In this document: positions 51,267-63,882 of the stretch, in pieces
Layout: each line of letters opens with the position of its first letter
Position numbering within the stretch: the stretch's first letter is position 1
From: Eledone cirrhosa
Lineage: Eukaryota
NCBI GenBank assembly: GCA_964016885.1
Contig: OZ024740.1
Location: 202,182,001 to 202,246,000 of the forward strand
Length of the DNA: 64,000 nt
Direction of reading: 5' to 3'
Made by a program: the position numbers and the translations under genes
The notes under the pieces: model-generated
What the model saw: the letters and a program-made list of their open reading frames with translations, nothing else
Database searches by the model: none
Told to the model about the DNA's origin: nothing

Positions 51267-53090
51267 CTACATTTTAAATTTATATTTATATTTAAACGTT
51301 GAGTTCAATCTATGTCTGCAGCAACTGAATAAATTGTTCCTTAAATTAAGGGAATTTTTGGACTTTAATATAAAGAATATTTCTTCAATACAAAGATCAC
51401 AATTTTCTGAAGAGGAATTGAAAGGAGTAGCTTATGAAATAATATTCCAAGTCATCGAATATTTAACATTATCTCGTTTTAGGTCCCATAGTAGGCTAGA
51501 TAGCGAAGTTGAAGATTTTTTGTTTGGATCTGTGAAAGAATTTTTATGATTATTGAAGCGAAATTTAAATTCTGTAGAGGTAGAACCAACATAGTTAAAT
51601 GAATTTAAATTAGTTTTAGCATTACAATTGTACACTACATTTTTAGCTAAGCAGTTGTTATTTAACGGACAGTTAGATTTATTTCTACAGTTACAGTTAT
51701 TCAATTGAATATTGCTTGGGTTATTATTGGTATTTTGGTTAGGTTTTAAATTTCTATTATTAATTCTATTAATATTTTGTACTAAATTTTTGGTGGACGA
51801 GTAAGTTAATTTTATAGTGTGTCTATTAAAAATTGAGTAATATTTATGTGTTCTAGGGAAGCGTTTGTCAAGAGCTTTAAAGAATAGTTTAGCAATAGGG
51901 GTTTTAATATTTAGTGAGAAAGGGGGAGCAAACCATAATATATTTCTAGTTCTATTTCTTTTTCGGCTTTTGGAATTATTGTAATGTTTTCTATTATAGT
52001 TGTTAAAGTTGTTACCATAATTAAAATTGTTATTATTTTGGTTAGTTTGCTTATTATTATTATTATCAATGTATTTAATTTTATTTCTATATCCAGCTCT
52101 ACCTAACGCTTCGTTGTAATACTGCGCTTTTTCATCAAATATATTTTTATTAGATGAAATTCTTGAAATTCTTTCTTGAACAGAGTTCACTATAGTATTT
52201 TTAACAGATCTGGGGTGATTAGAGTTAAAATTAACATAATTCAAGTTCTCATTTAGTTTGTGAAATGGATAATGAAGACATGTGTTGAGATTTAGTGTTA
52301 CGTCAAGAAAATTGACTATTTTATGGTTATTCTCTATTTCTACTTTTAGATTAAGGTAATTAAAAAATTGTATAATTTGTTTTCTTTTTCTATTTAGTTC
52401 ACAGCTATTATTTTCTATAAGTAAAAGCATGTCATCACGATATAAGCCTCCGGTTACACCTGGTATTTTTCTATGTAGCGAATTAACTATAAATAGGCCC
52501 ACAAGGTCCGTTACCTGAGCTGAGTCTGATGATCTCATAGTTATGTCGAAATTATTATTTCTATCTGCCCTAGTCCAGAGTTGGTTATTAAATTCTATCA
52601 ATGTTTTCCTTGCCGATAATATAATGTGCATTTCATTGCTAGTTAGGTCTGTATGTTTAAATGCGTAATTTAGTGCCTTATTCGGTAGATTAGGAGTGAT
52701 AGATGAATAGTAGTTAGCAATATCCAGCTGAATAAACTTATTATTATAATTATATTTAATTTCTTTAAACCAATCGATAACCTCACTAGTCCCTTTCCAT
52801 AATTTTAAGTAAAATAAATTAGGTAAGTTTTTAATTTGTTGTATTACCCTGTCTAGAATATTTTTGCTAAGTTTGCCCAGGTCAGATTTAGATGGTGCAA
52901 TTAATCTGACTGGTAAATCATTTTCAAAGTTTCTTTTGTGATCCTTCATATTGATTTTAGGTTTCCTAGGCATGAAGGGTTGTGTTTTATTCTCAATGTC
53001 TAATTCATGCATTATACAAGATGCATCTCTATTCAGTTTTTCAAGTTCGTCCTTATTTGCTACCTTGTACTTTTTCCTTAGTTCTTTCAA
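51267..53090 (-). pseudogene. PLE RT + GIY-YIG ORF with one nonsense codon (TAA at 51434-51432)
   Basis: FIQLDIANYYSSI, GGLYRDDML, VNFLDVTLNL, SNHP, CNCRNKSNCPLNNNC, VVY...YVGST..FKFRFNNH. After the TAA the frame continues ATPFNSSSENCDLCIEE...LNLRNNLFSCCRHR to TAG at 51269-51267. Confidence 0.92.
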
Positions 53091-53094
53091 TATA

Positions 53095-53970
53095 AGGTCG
53101 TTAACAGACAGTGTTCAAAGAGTGGTTAGAGGCTGCGTCCGATGTCAGTCCATTGATCCCGCTCCGGGTGTGCACGAAACGGGAAGCCTCCTGGTGGATC
53201 GCGACTGGAAGCGATTGGCGGTGGATGTAACACACTACCGACAAGGAACATACCTCTCAATGGTCGACTGTGGACCGGGGCGGATGGCGATATGGAGGGA
53301 GATGAAGACTGGAATGGCTGAGGAAATCACGCGGACGTTGAGATAGGTGTTCTTGGAGCGGGGCCCTGTGGTCGAACTGCTGATGGACAACAGCGCAGCG
53401 TTCCTCTCGGAGGCGCTGAGGGAGATGCTCGATGGATGGAAGGTGGACCATTTCTTCAGAGCAGTGTACAGGCCGAGGGGAAATGGAATCGTGGAGCGAC
53501 ACCACCGGACGATCAAAGCAATGGCGGAGCGGGGCCACATCTCACCAATGGAGGCAGTGTTCTGGTACAACATGTCTCCTCGGGTGGGACAGGTTGAGGA
53601 ATCGGTGCCACACAGAGCAGTATTCAGATACAAGTGGCGGCACCCGTGCACGCCACCGCAACGGCCAGTGGAGAGAGAGAATGCATTCGCGCAGGTGGGC
53701 GAAGAAGTCTAGGTTAAGCCCCCAGATGCACGTTGCACATCTCAATGGGGAAGGGGAACGGTGACGGCCGTAAATTCCCAGAACAATGTGTCCGTGGACG
53801 GAGTACCACGTCATGTCCTGGATGTCCATAGAAGTACTGTGTCAACGGACTCCAAGGAAGAGGAAACCCAAACTGCCGCCCCAACACTGTGGAGATCGCA
53901 AAGAAGTCGCAAACCACCAACCTGGACAGCAGACTTTCATATGCAGCAAGACGAGGGGGAAATTTATCCT
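53095..53970 (+). pseudogene. Gypsy-type LTR retrotransposon integrase fragment (internal stops)
   Basis: VVRGCVRCQ (zinc-binding), LAVDVTHY, LMDNSAAF, YRPRGNGIVERHHRTIK (DDE core). TAG stops at about 53344 and 53710. Confidence 0.88.
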
Positions 53971-53993
53971 TGAGATCGTGGGGGAGGGGGGCG

Positions 53994-54361
53994 TGTAGGT
54001 ATGGAGTGGTGTGCGGTGGCCGGAGGCTGGGGAGTGCTTGACCGGAAGGGTGCTCGACCGGAAGGGCCAGCAGGTCTGCCTCTCTCTAGGGTGGTCAGCG
54101 AAGGTGGTGGCGTCAGTTTTGGAGCTCCCAGTTAACGAGTTGGATTGTACGCACATGGGAGAGGAGAAACCAGCTATTGGATTACCGGTGCCAGCAATAA
54201 GCGGTAAGTGAAGTAGCTTTTTCTAACCACAGTTAGTTTTTTCGTTACTTTGGTATTGTGTGTTGGGTTTTGGTATTGTGTGTTGGGTTTTGGTATTGTG
54301 TGTTGGGTTTTGGTATTGTGTGTTGGGTTTTGGTATTGTGTGTTGGGTTTTGCCTACCACA
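53994..54361 (+). mobile_element. Probable 3' LTR of the Gypsy fragment
   Basis: Polypurine tract GGGGGAGGGGGGCG directly before TGTAGG at 53994. The right boundary (CCTACCACA) is uncertain. Confidence 0.6.
54249..54352. repeat. 20-bp tandem repeat TTTGGTATTGTGTGTTGGGT x5
   Basis: Read directly; identical units. Confidence 0.95.
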
Positions 54362-55186
54362 ATGTTCAATTTGTCAAGCTATTTAAACGTATGTTATTAC
54401 TCTCAGGACCTACCCTTATTGAATGCTTTGCTAACTCATTCATATTGTAGGTCGACTTTGCTTGCCCACAGCCAAAGATTCGATTTTACTAAGGCTCCAC
54501 AACACGCTGTAATGTGGCCGTGTAGGTAACACGGTAAAAACTTCCCAGTCCACACTGTAAACGTAGTTGGTGTTAGGAAGCGCATCCAGCCGTAGAAAAC
54601 CAGCCAGACAGTCCTATGCGAGCAAGACAACCACTCTTGCCTCAAGTGGGAAAACTTCCGTCCAAACCCAGGCAAGTGTGGAAAATGGACGTTAAACAAT
54701 GATGATGATGATGATGATGATATAGGTAAGTTATTCCGGGTTGAATCGGAGGTAACCACAGTAAGTAAGGTACTCAATACATAGCAGAGTATAAAAGTTT
54801 TAATATAGATGAGAATCTACAGGACTAGAACTGTTTCATTCTTTAGAAATCATCAGGAATCTGGCTTTCCAAAATAAATGTTGTGGTATTTATATCTTTT
54901 CAGGTGGTACGAGAGGGTGGGGAGTGGGATGGGTGAAGGTCATTGGTTGAAAGAAAAGGGAATTCATTAAAAGCTAATTCTTTAAGGCTATAATTTGTAT
55001 TTAGAGTGACCAAGGCAGAAAGAATTCTATAAACAAGTTCAGAAATGGGTGCCACTCCTTATTTTTAAGTTTCTCTTAGGCTAACAATGCCTATATTTCA
55101 GGTGTCTATAAGATGGTTGGGGTCGGTCATGGTTGATGGATTTAAAGAAAAAGGAAATTCTTTAAAAGCTAATTCTTTAAAGCTCT

Positions 55187-55864
55187 AAGGGAAAAATTAG
55201 AAATAAGAGGGATCAGATGTTGTTTACTCGAGAGAAGGCTACGTTGGTATGGTCACGTGATGCGCATGAAAGACGACAGCTGTATAAAAAAGTGCAGGGC
55301 AATAAAAATAGACGGTAGCCACGGAGTAGGCAGCCCCAGAAAAACCTGGGACGACTTGATAAATTCCGACCTCACACACTTACACCTCTCCAAGACAATG
55401 TCACTGGACCGAGATCTTTGGCGCTACACAGTAATAGAGAAGACCCGTCTTACCTAAGTACAAAGTGAAACCTACTACAGTCAGTAGGCACCTCTAACAA
55501 AATACACCCCCGTCCCACTACCCCCACCCCATCCACACCACCCCTTTCAATATAAAGTTATGTTGGTACCACAACATCCAGCCCGAAACAAATGAGGTCG
55601 TGTAGGTGTCACGACAAAAAAACACACAGTCCACGCTGTAATGTGGCCGTGTAGGCAACACGGTAAAAACCTCCCAGCCCCACACTGTAAATGTGGTTGG
55701 TGTTAGGAAAAGCATCCAGCCGTAGAAAACACGCCAGAAAGTCCTATGCGAGCAAGACAACCACTCTTGCCTCAAGTGGGAAAACTCCCGTCCAAACCCA
55801 TGCAAGCGTGGAATATGGACGTTAAACGATGATAATGATGATGATGATGATGATGATGATGATA

Positions 55865-55865
<1 letters not shown>
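55187..55865 (+). mobile_element. RTE LINE 3' fragment, same family as 18505-21592
   Basis: Nearly identical to 20937-21590, with (GAT)n tail. A shorter 3' UTR copy is at about 54500-54722. Confidence 0.92.
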
Positions 55866-55896
<31 letters not shown>

Positions 55897-55924
55897 AATA
55901 TATATATGTGTGTATATATGTATA

Positions 55925-55991
<67 letters not shown>

Positions 55992-56072
55992 ATATATATA
56001 TTTATATATGTGTGTGTGTGTGTGTATATGTATATGTATGTGTATGTATGTGTGTATGTATATATATATGTA

Positions 56073-56153
<81 letters not shown>

Positions 56154-56319
56154 GTGTGTGTATATATATGTATATGTATATATATGTGTATGTGTGTGTA
56201 TATGTATATATATATATGTGTGTGTATATATATGTATATGTATATATATGTGTATGTGTGTGTATATGTATATATATATATATGTGTATATATATATGTG
56301 TGTGTGTGTGTGTATAATA

Positions 56320-56350
<31 letters not shown>

Positions 56351-56455
56351 GTGTGTATGTATATGTATATATATATATGTATATATATGTGTATATATAT
56401 ATATATATGTAAGTATATGTATATATATGTATATAGATATATGTATATATATATA

Positions 56456-56952
56456 TTTCGTTTCTGAATTTGTTTAGCAAGATTCTTTATCTGAAATCGT
56501 GTGTTGAAACCGATATTGTTATACTTTGGGCGGGTCATGTTGCCAATAAGAAACACACGCACCAGTTGCTTTCACTTCAATTTAATTTATTATATATTTA
56601 TAAATTTACAAATTTATAAATTTCTGGTTGGTTGGTTGGTTCCACAACCAGATAGTTGTTTATATATATATAGTCATAGTTCTTTCGGAAAACAAAATGG
56701 CGTAGGATAGAAGAAAGGAAAGGCACAGAAACGAAGAAAGAAATCCCCAGTCACTGAAGAGGTCACAGAATGTGTGACGAAAGAACTATGACTATATATA
56801 TATAAACAACTATCTAGTTGTGGAACCAACCAACCAACCAGAAATTTATAAATTTGTAAATTTATAAATATATAATAAATTAAATTGAAGTGAAAGCAAC
56901 TGGTGCGTGTGTTTCTTATTGGCAACATGACCCTCCCAAAGTATAACAATAT
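56456..56952. mobile_element. PLE-type pseudo-LTR with about 175-bp inverted arms in TA microsatellite
   Basis: Arms about 56513-56687 and 56778-56952 are near-perfect inverted repeats. A hammerhead spans the spacer and right arm. Confidence 0.8.
56749..56793 (+). ncRNA. Type-I minimal hammerhead ribozyme
   Basis: AGUCA-CUGAAGA-g-GUCAC(AGAAUGU)GUGAC-GAAAG-AA-CUA-UGACU. 5-bp stem I, 5-bp stem II, 2-nt loop III, CUA triplet. Confidence 0.8.
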
Positions 56953-57011
56953 ATATATATATATATATAGATATATATATGCGTATGTGTGTGTATATAT
57001 ATATATATGTC

Positions 57012-57044
<33 letters not shown>

Positions 57045-57279
57045 ATGTATATATATATATATATGCGTATGTGTGTATGTATGTGTGTATATATATATGT
57101 GTATGTGTATATATATATGTGTATATGTATATATGTATATATATATGATTATATATATATATATATATTTGCGTATGCGTGTATATGTATATATGTGTAT
57201 ATAGATGTATATGTATATATAGGTATATGTATGTGTATATTTCGTTTTTTTAATTTTTTTTTTTTTAAACGAAATATAC

Positions 57280-57350
<71 letters not shown>

Positions 57351-57387
57351 GAAGTTCTATTTAAATTGTTGGGATACAACAAACAAA

Positions 57388-57486
<99 letters not shown>

Positions 57487-57600
57487 ACCTAGTTAATATA
57501 TTCTTTGCAATTTTTGATGTATACCTAGTTAATATATTCTTTGCAATTTTTGAAAAAATATGTATATGTATGTATGTATATGTATGTGTATGTATGTATG

Positions 57601-57649
<49 letters not shown>

Positions 57650-58636
57650 ATGTATATGTATATGTATATGTATTAATTTTGATTTCTATTTGCATATAAT
57701 TATATTCTGCTATTGATAAAATACAATATCTGTTTTATTTATTATATACCTAATTAACATATACTATAGAAATTAATATATAATTTTTAATTTAGTTAAC
57801 CTATAATTTATATTCTACTACCGATGTAATACTTTATTTGTTTTTTCCCTATTACTAAATTCATTTCCTAATATTGATACCATAAAGTTAATAACTTTAA
57901 TTTAGTTATACTATAATTAATACTCTACTACTATTTAACTTCAAAATTCTGCTTCAAATATTATAAACCTAACTAATTTACACCTTAGAAATCAATATGT
58001 TAACTATCTTTAGTTTAGTTAACATATAATTAATGGTATACTTATTTTGAAATGCATAATTTTGCCTTATTTCTTGCATTTCCTAACACTGAAACTATGT
58101 AAAAACATATATTGAGATCCAAATACAGATTAATATTCTATGTTTCTTGAAACATATATTTACTATAATCCCCTTCTCCACCCCCCCCCCCCCTTTCCCC
58201 CATACTATTATCATCTGTGTTTGTAAGCGTGTATGTATGAATATATATGTAGGTAGGTGTATATATGTTTGGGTGTTTATATCTGAGTATAAAAATACAT
58301 ATATGCGCATGCAAATAAGAATGTATGATTGTGGGTATATATATGTGTATGTATATATGTGTGTATATATGCATGTGTATATATATGTGTATATATATAT
58401 ATATATATGTGTATTTGTGTATATGTGTGTGGGCGTGTATGTGTGTGTATATATATATATATGTGTGTATGTATGTGTATGTATATATGTGTATGTATAT
58501 GTATGTCTCTCTATATATATGTCTATCTTCGTATCTATGTGGGTATATGTGTGTATGTACATGTATGCACATGTATATGTTTATGTGTATATGTGTGTAT
58601 GTGTATATATGTACGTGTGCGCACATATATATGTGA

Positions 58637-58668
<32 letters not shown>

Positions 58669-59261
58669 GTATATCTATGTGTGTATATATGTATTCGTAT
58701 GTGTATATATATATATTATTTATTATTATAATATAACTTATGTGTATATGTATATATGTGAAGGTATGTATATGTATATATATGTATATATATATGTAAA
58801 AATATATATGTGTATGTGTGTTTTTGTGTGTGTGTATATATATGTATATATGTGTGTATGTATGTGTTTGTATGTGTGTTTATGGTTGTATGTGTGTGTG
58901 GGTATATATATAAATGTATGTGTATATATATATATATATATGTGTATATGTATCTCTATTAATGTGTGTATATATGTATATGTATATACCTTTTTCTTTG
59001 TATGTCTGAGTTGTGTGAGAGTGTAGTGGTGTTTGTATGTATATACGCATATATGGATGCGTATGTATTTGTATATATGCGTATATGTAAGTGCGTATGT
59101 GTGTATGAATATATATCTATGTCTATGTATGAGTATGTATGTGTGTGTATGTATGTGTGTGTGTTTGTATGTATGTGTGTATGTGTGTATATATATATAT
59201 ATATGTGTGTATATGTATGTATGTATGTGTATGTATGTACATATATGTGTATGTATATGTG

Positions 59262-59301
<40 letters not shown>

Positions 59302-59494
59302 CGTTTATTTTTTATATATATGTGTGTGTGTGTATGTGTGTATATATATATCTTTATATATGTGTATGTGTATGTTTGTGTAGGTGTGTGTGTGTGTGTG
59401 ACTATATATGTATGTGTGTATGTGTGTATGTATGTATGTGTATGTGTGTGTACATGTATGTATGTGTATGTGTATATATATGTGTGTATATGTG

Positions 59495-59539
<45 letters not shown>

Positions 59540-60011
59540 GTATCTCTATTTGTATGTGTATATGTGTATATGTATATACCTTTTTCTTTGTATGTCTGAG
59601 TTGTGTGAGAGTGTAGTGGTGTTTGTATGTATATACCGATATATGGATGCGTAAGTATTTGTATATATGCGTATATATAAGTACGTATGTGTGGGTGAAT
59701 ATATATCTATGTCTATGTATGAGTATGTATGTGTGTGTATGTATGTGTGTATGTGTGTATGTATATATGTATGTCTGTATGTATATATGTGTGTATATAT
59801 ATGTATGTATGTGTATGTCTGTATGTATATAAGTATGTATGTGTATGTATATGTGCGTGTATGTGTATATATATGTGTGTCTATATATGTGTGTGTGTAT
59901 ATATGTGTATATATGTGTGTATATATATATATATATATGTATGTGTGTATATGTTTGTATATATATATATGTATATGTTTATATATGTGTGTGTGTGTGT
60001 TGTATGTGTAG

Positions 60012-60118
<107 letters not shown>

Positions 60119-60729
60119 GATTTTCTTGATATATTTCTTTTTTCTTTTTTCTTTTTCTTTTCTTTTTATTTCTAAGCTTATAGATACATCTATAAATAAG
60201 CAGTCTGCCCAAACCGTTGAATACTGACCTCTCCCCCCCTCCCACCTAATTTCTGTATCTTGATCTAAATGTGTGTGGCAGTGTTTATGTGAGTGAATTA
60301 ATATCCATGTGCTTATGATAATATTATATCCACATATATATGTGTGTGGGGGTGTGTGTGTGTATGTATGTTCGTAATTATGTGTATGTTTATGCATATA
60401 CGCGCGCGTGTGTGTGAGTGTACGGATATGTGTGAGTATGAGAATATGTGTATACACTTATTTCATATTTATGTGTCTATACGCATTTTATCTGTGGATT
60501 ATAAACTTACAGAGACATTAGCCTTGAATTTTTGTATTTGCATACATCTTTTTGGCATGCGTATGCATGTTGAGCATATATCTTTGTATAAATATGTGTA
60601 CGGGGTTAGTTACATGTATATACACACACCAAACTGCATAAAACTTTTTGTATTTTCATTGGTCAATTTTGAACTCCGTTCCCAAACGGACCTGAAATTT
60701 TGAATTGTTGTTATTATCAATAAATATAT

Positions 60730-60884
60730 TTCATTATTTCTGAAGACGGCATATATGTGTGTTTGGTATGTATATTTAATCTTGATAGTTTGTATATTTT
60801 TGTATAATTTTGTACATAGATCTGTTGAATATGCATGCCAATTCTAACACATATATATCCTAGAAACGATCGTTAAATAATGAA
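60730..60884 (+). ncRNA. Type-I hammerhead ribozyme with greatly extended stem II
   Basis: UUCAUUAUUU-CUGAAGA-[about 115-nt irregular hairpin]-GAAAC-GAUC-GUU-AAAUAAUGAA. Long stem I and self-complementary stem III AACGAUCGUU. Confidence 0.75.
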
Positions 60885-60938
60885 CTTTTTTTGTTTAATA
60901 TAAGGAACTGTTTCATTGTTTTATTCATTATTTGTTTA

Positions 60939-60982
<44 letters not shown>

Positions 60983-61112
60983 TATATATATATAATATAT
61001 ATATATTTGTGTATGTGTTTTTATGTATTTTGTATATATATGTGTATTTCTGTAGATCTGTTTGTATATGTGTATATTTATATGCATATATATATATGTG
61101 TGTGTATATGTA

Positions 61113-61163
<51 letters not shown>

Positions 61164-61189
61164 GTATATGTGTATGTATATATATATAT

Positions 61190-61283
<94 letters not shown>

Positions 61284-61460
61284 ATGTATGTATATGTGTA
61301 TATATGTGTGTATATATATATATATGTGTCTGTGTATATGTATGTGTATATATATGTAGATGTGTATATATATATATATGTATATATGTATATAGATATG
61401 TGTATATATATGTGTATATATATATATATATATATGTTTATGTATATATATATATATATA

Positions 61461-61927
61461 TGCAGTTGCAGGAAGCCGGATGAATGCCCATTGCAGGGTA
61501 AATGTAACACAAAATCTGTCGTTTATGAGGCTAAGATAACGCCAGTTATCAACAACCAGCCAGAAGTGAGCGATATGTCGGTATGACCCAGGACAGGTTT
61601 AAAACCAGATTTTACTCACATGTCGCTTCTTTTAAACACTCAGATAAACGAACATCAACGGCCCTCGCAAGTAAGGTATGGGATCTCAAGGATAGTAATA
61701 TCCCGTACTCTATTGATTGGTCTATATTAGACCATTCGAGGGAGTACCAAAGGGGCACAAAGAATTGTTCTTTGTGTACCACAGAAAAGTATAGGATTTT
61801 GCTAAACTTGAGAGCCACTTCCGCTTGCCTTAACTCAAAGACTGAGATCTTCAGATGCTGTCCTCATCTGAAATCGCATCTGATCTGTAACTGGATTGAC
61901 ACTCCTACGATAAATCAACCGCCTTGA
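61461..61927 (+). pseudogene. Second Naiad-like PLE GIY-YIG fragment (frameshift near 61570)
   Basis: [24 protein letters not shown] / [16 protein letters not shown]...ALASKVWDLKD...CSLCTTEK...LNSKTEIFRCCPH, colinear with the 51267-51720 domain. Confidence 0.88.
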
Positions 61928-62159
61928 ACTCCTTCTCTGCTCTTTACTTTTGCTACGGTTTTTATTTTGCTGATTCTACCTTCTGTACTCTTGTATATTT
62001 AAAATTTTTTTCTCCCTTACCTCCCCTTATATTTTACCTCCTCTTAGCCCCCCCCCCATATATTCTTTTTGTTTTGCCCTTCACATACCTATGTGTATGT
62101 GTATGTATTTTTGTGTGTATATATATATGTGTATATATGTATATGTGTATGTATATGTT

Positions 62160-62258
<99 letters not shown>

Positions 62259-62342
62259 ATGTGTGTGCGTGTGTGTATGTGTGTATATAATTGTATATTT
62301 GTGTGTGTATATGTATGTATATGTGGATGAACCAGGCTTTTT

Positions 62343-62400
62343 TTCATTCTGAAGATTGAAGGAAACTTTTTTTGCCTTTAAGAAACCTCTGGTGAATGGA
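62343..62400 (+). ncRNA. Hammerhead-like motif in the 3' UTR of the 61.5-kb PLE (non-canonical GUG triplet)
   Basis: UUCAUU-CUGAAGA-UUGAAGG(loop)CCUUUAA-GAAAC-CUCUG-GUG-AAUGGA. Confidence 0.6.
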
Positions 62401-62524
62401 TTAATTGCCTTGTATGGCTTTATTACTTTACTACTATATATACGTTTATGTAAGGTTCATTTGTCTTATCTAATACTGAGCTTTACACATACACACATGT
62501 ATATGTGTGTGTGTGTGTGTACGT

Positions 62525-62597
<73 letters not shown>

Positions 62598-62842
62598 TAT
62601 ATGTATATGTATATATGTGTATATGTATGTGTATGTATGTATATGTGTGCGTGTGTATTTATTTATTTTTATGTATGTGTGGGTGTGTGTGTTGGTGTGT
62701 GTGTGTGTGTGTGTGTGTTTGTATTTGGTTGTGCGTGCTTTTGATATATACGTAATTGCATGTGTATAATTGTTTAGTTATGTATGTATATGTGTGTTTA
62801 CGTATTTATATGTGTGTGTACGTTTATATTTTTATATTTTTG

Positions 62843-62895
<53 letters not shown>

Positions 62896-63283
62896 ATATA
62901 ATTACATATACATGTGTGTGTTTATATTATATACGTGTACGTGTTTGTGTATGTATGTGTCTGTAGAGGCTTATGTATTTGTATATGTATATTTATGTGT
63001 GAGAGTGTGTGTATGTGTTTACTATTTCGTACGTATGTATCTGTGCTTTTGTTTGTATTACTTACCACGCGTGTCTGTCCTGTTAGCTGGGGCATGTATC
63101 GCTGTCAAAAATTTGTTAATATATATTTATATATTTTTTTCTTATATTTATTTGCGTGTGTGAATATGTAGTGGAGTGCATTCATGTATGTGTATGTATG
63201 TACGTTGTATGTTTGTGTGAATGTATGTATGTGTATATATATGTGTGTGTGTATGTGTATGCTTGTACACACACATGTGTGTG

Positions 63284-63356
<73 letters not shown>

Positions 63357-63387
63357 AGATCAAAAGATGGTTAAAGGAGTTCCATAT

Positions 63388-63456
63388 ATTTTATTATGCG
63401 CATTTCAAAAACAAACATCATCATGCAATAATATTTGTGTTTTCATCAGATAAAAT
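63388..63456 (-). ncRNA. Type-I minimal hammerhead ribozyme (mirror copy, minus-strand arm)
   Basis: Exact reverse complement of 63577-63645. Confidence 0.85.
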
Positions 63457-63576
63457 AGGAGAACATGATATGAAGGCTAAAAAACACTTGTGGATAGTGC
63501 AGTTTTAAATCAACATATGTTGATTTAAAACTGCACTATCCACAAGTGTTTTTTAGCCTTCATATCATGTTCTCCT

Positions 63577-63645
63577 ATTTTATCTGATGAAAACACAAAT
63601 ATTATTGCATGATGATGTTTGTTTTTGAAATGCGCATAATAAAAT
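63577..63645 (+). ncRNA. Type-I minimal hammerhead ribozyme (plus-strand arm)
   Basis: AUUUUAU-CUGAUGA-AAACACAAAUAUU..GAUGUUUGUUUUU-GAAAU-GCGC-AUA-AUAAAAU. Palindromic stem III AUGCGCAU, AUA triplet. Confidence 0.85.
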
Positions 63646-63767
63646 ATATGGAACTCCTTTAACCATCTTTTGATCTTATATTATGCATACTCCAGTCCCA
63701 CAAACTGTAGAGTGCTTCTTATCCGATATCTGCATTGCTTTATTGTACTACAATAAAACTCACCTCC

Positions 63768-63819
<52 letters not shown>

Positions 63820-63841
63820 TGTATATATATGTGTGTGTGTA

Positions 63842-63882
<41 letters not shown>

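Larger units (their letters stand above)
49406..53093 (-). mobile_element. Penelope-like retroelement (Naiad-like), 5'-truncated, with long AT-rich 3' UTR
   Basis: RT plus GIY-YIG ORF followed by about 1.8 kb of UTR that ends in a hammerhead and (TA)n. Assigning the whole UTR to the element is inference. Confidence 0.8.
63349..63770 (+). mobile_element. Fold-back PLE-type pseudo-LTR: perfect 336-bp palindrome plus 86-nt tail, in (TA)n
   Basis: Palindrome 63349-63684 centred on CAACAT|ATGTTG. The tail ends CACCTCCTAC then (AT)n. Confidence 0.9.

Noticed and set aside
51432-51434. Possible selenocysteine read-through in the Naiad-like ORF
   Set aside because: The in-frame stop is TAA, not TGA, and is not at a cysteine position. 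It is most simply a nonsense mutation.
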